Assembly: GCA_033442325.1 (NCBI GenBank)
Contig: JAWQFM010000032.1
Span: 446,112-510,111, forward strand
Direction: 5' to 3'
Source: Salpingoeca rosetta
Lineage: Eukaryota; Protista; Choanoflagellata
Length of the DNA stretch: 64,000 nucleotides
The notes beneath the pieces were generated by a model that searched no databases, was not told the DNA's origin, and saw nothing but the letters and a program-made list of their open reading frames with translations. Below, piece by piece: positions 1 through 30,792 of the stretch (positions within the stretch are counted from its first letter, which is position 1; each line of letters begins with the position of its first letter). The position numbers and the translations under genes are program-made.

Positions 1-64
1 GCATGGGGAAAGGAGAGGAGAAATACAATAAGAAAAAAAACAAATATATGACATATTATGTATA

Positions 65-164
65 NNNNNNNNNNNNNNNNNNNNNNNNNNNNNNNNNNNN
101 NNNNNNNNNNNNNNNNNNNNNNNNNNNNNNNNNNNNNNNNNNNNNNNNNNNNNNNNNNNNNNNN
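65..164. other. Assembly gap (100 N)
   Basis: Run of N in the sequence. Confidence 0.99.
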
Positions 165-280
165 GTGAGTGGTGTGGCGTGATGATAAGTTGTTTGAGTC
201 GTCCTGTGCAAATTGCAAATTATGATGAGCACCACACCGACCCGCACATGACACACACCCATACACACACTCACGCACAC

Positions 281-340
<60 letters not shown>

Positions 341-900
341 GCACTTGCTGCCGACGCTGGCGTCTGTATGCCTTCATGTAATCGCGGCGATCACGCACGC
401 GTGGCGTCTTGGGTTTGTCCTGGCCAGCCTGCCGTCGTGACTGCAAGCAACCACAACGTCAATCACATGCGTGAGAGTTTGTTGAGAAGGAGAAACAATT
501 CTTGCTTCGAAGCACACGCGCGTTCAAGCTCACACAGATACACACACTCACACAAGCACTTGCACGCACTCACACATTTGCACACATTGCTCACCCTCTT
601 TGTCGCCGCCTTTGTTGGTTTCTTCACAGATGTTGCGCCCTGAAATGCATGGACACAGTGCCAGTGAACGGGGTGCCAGTGCGAGCAAATGCGACTGCTC
701 ATGTGCAAGTGTATGTGTGTTCATGTGCGCCTAAACACAGAGCGCGGTTGTGACGTGCGCACCTTGTTTGGAAGCTTGTCTGCAGTACCCGCCTGCACGG
801 GTGACCGCTGTGATTCTGCACCACGAGGAGTGGAAATGGTGGACACATGGTCGTCAGCAACAATAATCTACATGGGACAGAGAATTTACACACAGCACAC

Positions 901-977
<77 letters not shown>

Positions 978-1434
978 CTGCACAGACACACTGCAACGCA
1001 CTTGCTCCGTGTTGGCGAGATGGTGCGTTCCCGTTGCGGTTCACGTTGCCGCTCTTGGTTGTGCACGGCAGCGAGAGCGGTGGCAGTGCAGTTGAATGCT
1101 GCTGCTGCTGCTTGTTGTGGTGGTGGGGCGCTGGGATGGAGAAGAGTGAGCGGTCGAGTGCATGCGGGGCAATATTCTGTCCAGCAGCACCACTGGCCTG
1201 TGATGAGGCAGCATGGCGTGGTCGACCGTTGTTGCCACTGCTACTGCTCGTTGTCACCTGCTGATCATTGTGGGCGCTGGTCTGCTGCATCCCTTCAACC
1301 AACCAAGGAGGTGGCACAAGCAGCCTCCGTTGCCCCTGCTGCTGCTGCTGCTGCTGCTGTTGTTGTTGTTGCGCGTGTGGCTGCATACCCATGGCAGCGC
1401 CGTGTACACGACCCACACTGCACACGCGCAGCCC

Positions 1435-1489
<55 letters not shown>

Positions 1490-3300
1490 CGAAGGTCGTT
1501 GACGGTGACGGGCGAGAGGGCGGCTGCGTCGCCGCTGCCGTGCAGGGCCAGCTCGTCGCTGAAGTTTGGCGACTGCGCGTTGAACATGTCTGCAAACATG
1601 TCTGTGGACGTCGTGGCTGCAGAGTCGAGAGGAATCGTGATGGTGCTCATGTGTGCCGGCTCAAGCATGTCCTCCGCCGTTTCCCCCGCGTGCACCGGGT
1701 ACATTTGCGTGTGTGGTCGGTGGTGCGGGTGGAGATGTTCGGAGTGCAGGTGCAGATGCAGGTCAGAAGGCAGCGGTTCATCCTCAAATGCACGGTGAGC
1801 GGCGTCATGCATCAGCGAGATGCTGCCGTCACCACCACCACCATCATTGACTGCAACAAAGCTGTCGTGGTGGCCAATGGAGGTTGATGTGGTTAGTGTG
1901 GTGGTGGTGGTGAGCCGGTCGCTGTGCAGTGACGAAGACCGGGGTGAACTGCCGCTGCTGTTGTCGTTTGACGAGTGGCCGTGGCTCACGTCGTGCTGTT
2001 GCTGCTGGTATTGTGGATGGTAGGGGTGGTAGTGTGGATGATGTGTGTCGCTGGTGCTGGGTAGGGCGGTGGCGTGTGTGCGGGGCTGGTTGAGACGACG
2101 CTGCACGGCATCTGAGGCCAGCACCTCCACAGCGTCAACGCCGCCCCCGCGCAGCAGCTGTTGTCGCTGTTGTTGTTGATGGTGCGGATGTTGATGGTGT
2201 TGGTGGTGTTGGCGTGGCGGGGATGGTGTGTATGCGACTGAGCTGTGGGAGAAGGAGGGATGTAGGTGTCCACCCATAACCATCTCGTCCACCCCGCGTA
2301 GGCGCACAGCTGGTGGTGGCGGTGGCGGCACGATGGATGGCAAGGGAAGGGACGTCTCATGCATGGCACTGCTGCTGCTGCTGCTTGTGGTGTAAACGGT
2401 GGCATTGGTGGTGTTGCTGTTGTGGTGCTTGCTGTGACTGCCCCTGTTGTTGTTGCCGCTGCTGTTGTTGCCGCTGCTGTTGTTGCGTCGTTCATCCTCC
2501 CACCCTCGACCACCGCCAGCGTCATCACCACCACCTCGATCAAAACCACCATCACCACCGCCACTTCCACGGCTGCCGGTGTTGAAGGTGCCGCCGAGGA
2601 GAATGACAGCAACGACAAACGCAACGCCGCCAACGACGCAGCCGACAACGATGACGACAAGCTGTGCGGTGCCGACATCGTGCACTCTCTTGGACGGCGG
2701 TGCTGGCGTGGATGAGCAGTCCCCACGGGCACCGCAGTCCCCGCCAGACTTGGCAATCAAGGGGCGCGCAACCACAAGCGTGTCGCTGTCAGCGGCAAGG
2801 GGCAGGTGGATGGCAATGCCCGGGTCCTCTGCCACGTCAAAGAGGTGTTGCAGGGTCGAGGTGTTGGTGATGCTGAGCTCAACCTTGACCCCAACGGCCT
2901 CCATCTCGCCAACGTAGCTGGCGATGACCTGCTGCGAAACGGAAGAAGCGGGGACGGCGGCAGCATCCAGGACGGCAGTCACCAGTGCATCGCGCGCGCT
3001 GTCGGATGCCACAATGGCGGCGTGGTCGGGGGTCGGAAACCAGCAGGCAAACGAGTGCATGTCCAAGTTGCCCCACGGGGACATGCTCATGTCGGCATCG
3101 TCATCACTGAGTGCGGTATCTGCGGTGGTAGTAGTCGTGGCCGCAGCAGCCACGGTGGCAGCAGCACCACCACTAGCAGCAGCTGTCGAGCCCAAGGCGA
3201 TGAGGGGGCAGAAGGCGCCGATCAGCACAGCCAAGAGGACGACGCTCACGCATGTGGAGCGTGCTGCCCCAACTGTGCGGCGTTGCCTCTGCTGCCGCAT
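165..3300 (-). CDS. Single-pass (type I) membrane protein with a long low-complexity Q/H/S-rich cytoplasmic tail; 3' end runs into the gap
   Basis: ATG at 3300 (MRQQRQRRTVGAARSTCVSVVLLAVLIGAFCPLIALG, signal-peptide-like). Hydrophobic span LVVIVVGCVVGGVAFVVAVILLG near 2590-2665. Large first exon to ~1000-1050 (exact donor unresolved). Phase-0 GT-AG exons follow at 867-763 (IIVADDHVSTISTPRG...PNK), 639-595 (GATSVKKPTKAATKR), 440-345 (SRRQAG...RDRRDYMKAYRRQRRQQ) and 203-165. Confidence 0.7.
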
Positions 3301-3961
3301 ATTGTCGTTGTTTGTCGTTGTTGTTTGTTGTTGTTGTTGTTGTTGTTGCTGTTGTTGTTGGCGGCGATGATGAGTGCATGCACGGAAGCTGTCAAGGGGC
3401 TGTTGATCGCCCAGATGTGCAGCACACCAGAGAAGAGCAGGTGTGCAGTACAGCACAGGGGGTGCACAGACACAGCAAACACGACAACCCTCAAAAACCA
3501 GACGTCACAGGGAGAGGGAGAGAACGCAGATGCGGATGCGTCGGTTTGATGTGACAGAGGAGGAGGACGAAGAAGAGAAACGCACGGCACGAATATGTCA
3601 CGGGCGTTCAAGCGAGCGTGTGTGTGGAGAAATGAAAACTCTTCGCCAACAAGGTTTGTTGTCTTGGCACAAGGGTTCGTGCACCCCTCTCCTTGGGACA
3701 AACATGACGAGGAGTGCGTTGTGTGCTTGTGCTGTGGGTGATGTGTTGTGTGTGCTGCTTGTTGGGTTGATGATGTTGGTCCGTTCAACTATGTATCAAC
3801 TTGGCTGGCTGGTGTGAGTTTGTGTTGTGGCGGCAGGCAGTTGACGAATGTTATTTTAAAATACGACAAATAATCGACGGAGGACAGCAAGCAATATGGA
3901 ACGAACCAAAACACATGCAAAACTGAGTGCACTGTTGCTTGACGTGTGCATGTCATCATCA

Positions 3962-4409
3962 TCATGATGGCGCAGCCAACAAGGCGACGACTTCTGGGAA
4001 CTTGGCTTGCACGGCCAAGTCGTGCGCTGTCTTGCCTATGCATATGCGCGCGTGCATGTATGAAGGGGCATGTGTGTGTTTGTGTGTGTGTGTGTGTGCG
4101 TGTGTGTGTGTGTGTGTATGGGAATGAGTATGCACGGACGCAACATACGGAGGCGTGCGCTGCTGCGGCACGTCGCGAGTGATGCAAGCAAGCACGCAAG
4201 CAAGCAAGCAAGCACGCAAGCAAACAGGCTTCATGCAGCCAACATGCCAAGCAGGGAACACACAACACAAGCGCACACAGACGTACACACAGACGTGCAC
4301 ACACACACACACAGACGTACACAGACGTGCACACACACACACACACACACACAGACGTACACACATACGTGCACACACACACACACACACAGTCGTACAC
4401 ACAGACGTG

Positions 4410-4440
<31 letters not shown>

Positions 4441-4705
4441 AGGCACACACCGGAGCTGTTCTTGATGGTGGTATCTGCTCCCAGGTCGAGGAGGGCACGG
4501 CACACCTCCGCATGCCCGTGCCACGCCGCCCGCTGGAGAGGCGTGTTTCCATAATGTGTTTGTGCATTCACATCAGCGCCCTGTGTGCACGCATGACCAT
4601 GTGCGGGTGTGTTGCCGTGAGTGTTTGTAAGATGACATGCATTGAACAACCGCAAGCGCCAAACCAACCAAAGCAATCGCAAGACGATGGTCCTCATATC
4701 ACACA

Positions 4706-4771
<66 letters not shown>

Positions 4772-6389
4772 GCCTGAACCAGCAACTCCACGCAATCCTG
4801 TAAGACATCAATACAGGGGTATGGAACGTCAGTCAACATCTTTACAGCAGCAGCAAAAGGGAGAGCGGGATGGCGTCACACAGCACACACACTCTCTCTT
4901 GCTCGCCTTGAAGTTAGCCTCTGCGGCCCTGTGTAGCGGTGTTGCGCCGTTAATGTCTTGCATATCCACACTCGCACCTAACGACAGCAGTGTCTGCAGG
5001 GCACAGCACGATTCATGAGCGATGAGGTTGGGCTGAGCAGGTGAAGGGGCACAGAGGTTCGCAGACGGATAACCGTGACGGCTGGGCTTGCACTGCGCGA
5101 CGACACAACCACCACGTGCATGTGCCTTCTCTCTCTGTCTCTCTGTCTCTCTGTCTCTCTCTCCCTCACTCTCTCTCACACACACTCCCTCTCCCTCTCT
5201 CTTTCAGACACACACACACACACACTCACTCACTCTCGTTCATACACACACACATACACACACACACTCACTGACACTCACTCACTCTCGTTCATACACA
5301 CACACACACATGTGCACACACACACACCTGCATGAGTTGGGTGCTGCCGTGGGTGGCGGCAATATGTAGCGGCGTCTCCTTGTTGTCGTTGATGGCGTTA
5401 ACGTCCAGTTGCCTCATTGTCGGCACATGCCGTTGTTTTTGTTGTGCTGGGGTACTTGCTGTGATGAGGGTGTTAGTCTTGGGCACGTCGTCGAGCTGTG
5501 CCGCGACGTGCAGGGGCGTGTTTCCGTACTTGTCGCGCACGTTGACGTCAGCGCCTCGCTCCAGCAACACCCCCATAGTCGCCGTGGACAAGGACGCTTC
5601 CATGGCGACCTAAGAGTACGGTTGCGTGTGGGTGTGTGTGTTCGCGCGACGGGAGGGAGGCAAGAGAAAAAGGCACCGTACGTAACACATGCAGCGAGAG
5701 AGATAGAGATACATAGAGAGAGGAAGCAGACAGACGCGAGGAGGCGGTGAGAACAATGACAACAAGCCACCATCGCACGCACACACACATACACACACAC
5801 ACACATACACACACGCACTCTCACACGCACACACGCACATGCAGACACTCTCTGCTGCACTCACGTGGAGCGGAGGCTTTAGGAGAAACTCGTGGCAGTT
5901 GATCTCGGCGCCCTCATCCAACAAGTGGTTGATCTGAGGCCGGGAAGAAGGAGCAGCAAACGGAGGAGCCATCAGCAAGCAAGCAAGCAAGTGATGTTGG
6001 AGTGCAAGGGGTCAGCAGAAGCTGTAACGGCAGTAACGGCAGTGACAGTGATGCCTGCACAGACACAGGGCAGTGGTGTGATCACCGTGGCGACAGCGGC
6101 GCGCTGCTGCACTGCCTCCACGAGCCGTTCATTCAATGCCACCTGCACAATGTATGTTTATGCAGGGTTCGGGTGGAGCTTAATGAGATGGTCGTTGGTG
6201 CTTGTGATGCAGACGAACAGAGTAAGCGAGTGCGAGAGTGAGCATGCGAGTGCGATCAGTGAGCATGAGTGAGTGAGTGAGTGAGCATGAGTGCGAGAGT
6301 GAGCATGCGAGTGCGAGAGTGAGCATGAGAGTGCGAGAGTGAGCATGAGAGTGTGAGTGAGCATGAGAGTGTAAGTGAGCGTGTGAATG

Positions 6390-6458
<69 letters not shown>

Positions 6459-6549
6459 CACACACACACGCACACACAACCTGTCCCCATGTCCGCTGTT
6501 GTTGTTGTTGCAGCGCTTCATCTCTGCCTGTCGTGTTGTCGTCACTCAT
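3962..6549 (-). CDS. Ankyrin-repeat protein (about 5-6 repeats), 8 exons
   Basis: Spliced peptides INHLLDEGAEINCHEFLLKPPLH, LLERGADVNVRDKYGNTPLHVAA, DVNAINDNKETPLHIAA, LGASVDMQDINGATPLHRAAE, GADVNAQTHYGNTPLQRAAW and GKTAHDLA match the ankyrin G-TPLH / GADVN consensus. Stop at 3962. Confidence 0.92.
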
Positions 6550-8541
6550 ACTGTACTGATCTCAGTTTACGAGTTATTTGTGCTGTCGGTATCTGTCTAC
6601 CTGTCATTTCTGACGTGCATGCATGCACGTTCTATTTTCTCGGCTTGGTTGGGTGGCGTTGCTGCCGGGACAACGGACTTGTCTTGGCCATGCACGGCGT
6701 ATGTTATTGACCGAAGCACATTTTCGGGGCTCCAACCAAACTTCGCAATTCTTCGCTACCCCCAACCTTGCCGCCAAAACCTTTGCCCTGATGTTGTCCA
6801 AGTTGTGCATGCATGCATGCATGACAACAGCGGCGCAGCGTGCCTTTTGTTTTTCCGGCTCACTCACTTCCCTTCTCTCGCACAAACGCTCCTGTGGGCG
6901 ACCCACAACACACAAGTAATCAAGCAAAGCAAAGGTGACTTGGCTGGCATGTACGAAATTCGCCTTGATCCGCTTCGCTTAAGTGTCCTTGATCCGCCTT
7001 GCTTCGCGTGCTTTGCTTGTTGCGTGTGCGTTCCGTCCCAGTTGTCAAAATCTTTTTTTTTATTGTTTGCTTTGTGTGTGTGTGCGTGTGTGTGTGTTTT
7101 GCTCCGTCCAAGCACTCACGCTGCAAAGAAGTGAAGCAAGACGTCTGCCAACCACCAGTTGACGCACGCACGCACGCACTTCTTGTCGTCCATCCATGCG
7201 GAGTATTCCTTGGTTCCTTGTTGATGTTCTTTTCGAGACCCGACCACCCCCACGAACCGCCCCACACATACACAAAGCCTACGCACACATCCATCACAGG
7301 AGCTCACTTTGCACCCACGTTCATCACACCCACGTTCATCACACAAAGGTTGCACACTTTGCGCACGAATTACTTGCTCACTTCGTCCAAGCCAGACGCG
7401 CCACGACACACACACACACGCACGCACGCGCACACAAACAAACAACCGTCCACAACCTACGGGCGTCCCTTCTGCATCAAGCCCCTCCACTATCCTCCTC
7501 CCTCGTTTTGCGGGTTTCGACTCATTCCGCGTTCGGCACGACCAGCCGTTGTTGTTGTTGTTGTTGGTGCTGCTGCTTTGCACCAAGGCACACAAGTGCG
7601 CACACAACCGCATCCGCGCACGCATCCTTAAGCAAGCAAGCAAGACACAAGACACAGCAATACACGCAACAACAACACGCGAGTTGTGTTGCTTGTCCAA
7701 CACGGTCCCACCCATATCAAGTCGCTCACTTCATACGCGAAACACTCGCCCCACTTCGCTTCCACCCTCCCCCCATCCAGCCATCGCCAAGGCCCTCCAT
7801 CCACCACAACCTGCACCTGCACCTCCTCGTCCTCGATTCCTGTCCGTCTGCGGCTGGTAAGTCCTGCCTGTTTTCCCCTGTCTTGTTTGTTTTGCACGAA
7901 TGGCCCGTTGGGTTTTGTGTGTGTTCGTGAGTGTGTGTTTGAGGGAGTGAGGATGACCATGGCTGGCGATGGGAGATGGGGGATGGCAGTGTGGGTCATG
8001 CCACAACGTATCATGCCAGGCTGAAAGTCACGAGATGGCGGGAGCACTTGCGCATGAGCAGGACATTGATTGGCTCACACTCACACATACAACATCTTGC
8101 CTGACGTGTGGGGCATGCGCAAATGGGTTGGTGCGTGTTGTTTGATGTGTTGTGTGTGGTCTCCATTGCAATGTTACATGACGGGACAGAGTCCAGCAGC
8201 GTCAGCAGATTGGTGCTTGAGATTGATCACACACAGGCTGCCTGTCCGCCCCAACCTTCGAGTGCTTCCACTGCGCCACCTCGTGAGTGAAAGCGCGCGC
8301 GCGCGTGTGTGTGAGTACGTTTGCGTTGTGTGTCAGCTTGAGTGTGTGTCAGAGTATGTGTGTGTGTTCGTGTGTCTGAGTATGTGTGCCTGATTGTGTA
8401 TCCGTTTGAGTGTGGTTGTGTGTCTGTTTCTGGTGCGATGTGAGTCAGTGGTGCGTGTGCGTGTCACAGTGCATCAATGGTTGTTTTTCTTCCCGCGCCC
8501 ACCCATGCATGTCAACTTGACGCAACCCAGGAGGAGGAGCA

Positions 8542-13072
<4,531 letters not shown>

Positions 13073-14309
13073 TGTGCATTGGGGGATTGACACTGCGCCT
13101 TTTCCATCACGCGTCTGTGTTGTTGGCGATATCCACCGTGCCGGGTTGCGTGATAGCGTGGTGGATGACACGCGACTCCAATCCGTGTCATAGTTATGAT
13201 CCCTGTGCTGTGCTGTTCCCTTTGCAACCTGCTTGGATCTGATGGATCTGAGTGGCACTGGGAGCATGGGATTGCGTTGTGGTGTTGTTGTTGATGCATT
13301 GGAGCGTTGTTGTTGTTGTCGATGCGTTGCAGCGTTACTTTCCACCTTCTTTACACCCTTTTCCCTTCCCGTTACAATTCCAGTTTTACTTTCTTGCTTT
13401 GGCTTGAGGTTTGGCCTACTGTCTGTTTCATCACTCGGTTTCCTCTGATTGCCTCGCACTGTTGGACACCCCCCCCCTCCCGCTGTTGCACTGGTCGACG
13501 GCAAGTGTTGTCCTTGCATGCGACGTTCTGATGTCGTGTGGTTTTAGCTACCTGTAATGTTATGTGTTGCTGAAGCGTGTAGCCCCCTGCCCCCTCCCCC
13601 TCTTGCGTATTTGAGTCACCTCAGTCTAATTTGCTTATATGCTTGATTATTGCCTTCCATCCCGCAGTTACATCCCTCTGTGTGCAGTGGCTACTGCAGC
13701 ACACACACCCACACACATACATCCTCACATGCACATCCTCACAGAGGCACGCATCCACACGCTCATATCCACGCACGGACAAATCCACACAGCCATACAC
13801 AAGCACACAAGCACGCCTTCTTTTTTTTTTCCTCCTCATTCCGTGCCTCCCACCACTTGACTCGGTTGCTTCCGCTGCTGGTGTGGGCAGCGTGTGATCT
13901 GTCCACGTGTGCGTTTTTTTTGTTTTTTTGTTTTGCACCAGTGATAAGCGCTCTGTTGTCTCGTGTGGCTTGGTCCTCTTTGCGCCTTTCGTCTCTTTTC
14001 GTGAGCAACGTGCATTCGTGCGCACTACATATTAACTCGTGGTTCAATGGCAACGCCGTGCACGCGCGCACAACAGCACCATAACAGCGACACGCACAAC
14101 GATGTACACGCATGCGTGCGTGCACTCACACATACGACACACTTGTCAAACACATCGCACAAGCAAGCGTGTGCACATGAACGCACACGCGACGTGAGTC
14201 AAAACTCATATCACACACACACACCACACTCATATCACACAAGCACAACGACACACAAACAAACAAACAAACAAACAAACAAACACACACACACACAACA
14301 CAGCACGTG

Positions 14310-20345
<6,036 letters not shown>

Positions 20346-20497
20346 GCTCCCGTGCTGTGTGTTGGTGGGTGTGTATGGTGGTGGGTGGTGGGTGTTTTGC
20401 TTCTTGTCTTGCTTCTTGTTTGTTGTTGTGTTGCCACTTGCTTTTCCCAATTGCACAGCAGGACGACTGCAATTTGCAACAGGTACGACCACCCATC

Positions 20498-20568
<71 letters not shown>

Positions 20569-20699
20569 CTGGTTTGTTTACGTTCAGACATTCAGAGAGG
20601 GCCATGCCGTGTGCACGTACATGCAACAGCAGGAACGAGGGCTGTAACAGGAGAGAACAAACGCGAGGAGAAAAAACAACGTGAGACAGTAACGTCCCG

Positions 20700-20763
<64 letters not shown>

Positions 20764-20820
20764 CACCACACGAAAAAGAGAAAACACCCATCCACCCGCC
20801 ACCACTGCACGCGGCTCGGC

Positions 20821-25124
<4,304 letters not shown>

Positions 25125-25232
25125 CAAGGTGGGAGGGAAGTGCGATCAAGTTGCAAAGGCGTGTGCGATTGATGAGTGCAAAAAAAAAGTTGTTTGGACG
25201 GCGCTGCTCTCTCCTCACAGCTTGTGCTTTTC

Positions 25233-25279
<47 letters not shown>

Positions 25280-25299
25280 TCGTTCGGACGGAACGGGAA

Positions 25300-25399
25300 N
25301 NNNNNNNNNNNNNNNNNNNNNNNNNNNNNNNNNNNNNNNNNNNNNNNNNNNNNNNNNNNNNNNNNNNNNNNNNNNNNNNNNNNNNNNNNNNNNNNNNNN
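25300..25399. other. Assembly gap (100 N) in the divergent NAPRT/METAP2 intergenic region
   Basis: Run of N between two (CA)n tracts. Confidence 0.99.
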
Positions 25400-25448
<49 letters not shown>

Positions 25449-25815
25449 CTTTGCGAGAACGGCGGGGAGGCATGTTGTCTGCTTTTGCCTTTCAAGATCC
25501 AGCAGCCACAGCAGTGTATGTCTTGCTTGCTTGCTTGCTTTGGATCGACACAAAAGTGGATTTGGGTTGTTGGCAGTGTGCGCTTGACGAAAAATGAGGA
25601 GGAGGAAGGAGCAGCGCATCTCTTGAGCAAGCAAGCAAGAAGCAAGCAAGCGAAATCAAGCACACGAAAAACGGCGCACTCGAGAATTGCTGAGTCAGCA
25701 AAACTTGTGAAGTTGCAAATTGCGCCAAGTGTGAAGTTATTTTTCCAATTGCAACCACAGCCCGCAACGTGCAATACAGCACCCTCAAACGCACCACGAG
25801 CACAGCACAACCAAG

Positions 25816-29908
<4,093 letters not shown>

Positions 29909-30792
29909 ACCCATTCAAGCCAAACGCCAACCAAGCAAACAGCCAATCCAACCAACAGCAACGTGCTCTTGCCCCTTTGCCTGCACTGCTGTTGTGTGCA
30001 CACCAGACAGAGACAAGTCCCCCCCCCCACACACACACACACACATACACACACACGCGCGCGCCCTCGTTCTTTGCCTCCCATCAGTTCGACTCATAAA
30101 CCCAAACCATTCACAATCAATCAATTAACCGTTGTTCTTTCGAGAACACAGCAACGCACGAATCTTTGCAGAGCTGTTGTTGAATGAATGGAAGGGCTTT
30201 GTGTGTCGAAAGGACAAAAACTTGGCTGGCAATGCCACCATAAATGTCAATGTTTCGACACATCAATTACAAGTAACAGAGCGCCACTGTTCCGTTGAAC
30301 CTTTTTTGTCATGGTCACAGTCACGTCGCCACTTTTTTGCTTGTCGATCCTTCCTCCCTTCCAACTACAGTGAAGGGGTGGCCGGAAACGGGTAAGCACT
30401 CACTTCAGCGCTTCACGCCCTTCGGCATACCCTTGTTGTCGTTGTCTGCCTCCTCTCAACACCTACAGAAGAACAACTCTACAACTCTCACCACCTCATC
30501 AACAGAACACATCAAACGCTCCATCCACAGTGCCCTGAAGCGAAGGTACAGAGGTACGTTGCCCTCTGTTTGCACCCTCGCCTGTTTTGCAGTGTGTGTT
30601 CTACACTCGTTCAAGCTTACACACTTAACGCGTGAGTGATATGTCTTCGTGCCGGTCTGGGTCGACTTGTCGACATCCTCGCAAGCATCTCTCACCGCTT
30701 ATTGTTCGCTCCCATCCCCCTTTGCTTGTCGACACATCGGACAGGAACTGAGGAAGCCTGTGTTGTGCAAGCGTACGTGTTGCCGCGTCGAC

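Noticed and set aside
1-64. AT-rich segment unlike the rest of the window
   Set aside because: Only 64 bp at a contig edge beside a gap; probably low-quality sequence.
886-3456. 856-aa ORF taken as the complete gene
   Set aside because: It starts at a non-ATG codon upstream of the likely ATG at 3300 and runs into an intronic GT repeat; the gene appears to be spliced further.
6600-8500. Several 100-240 aa ORFs between the ankyrin and zinc-finger genes
   Set aside because: No recognisable motifs or coherent exon chain; treated as divergent promoter/UTR sequence.
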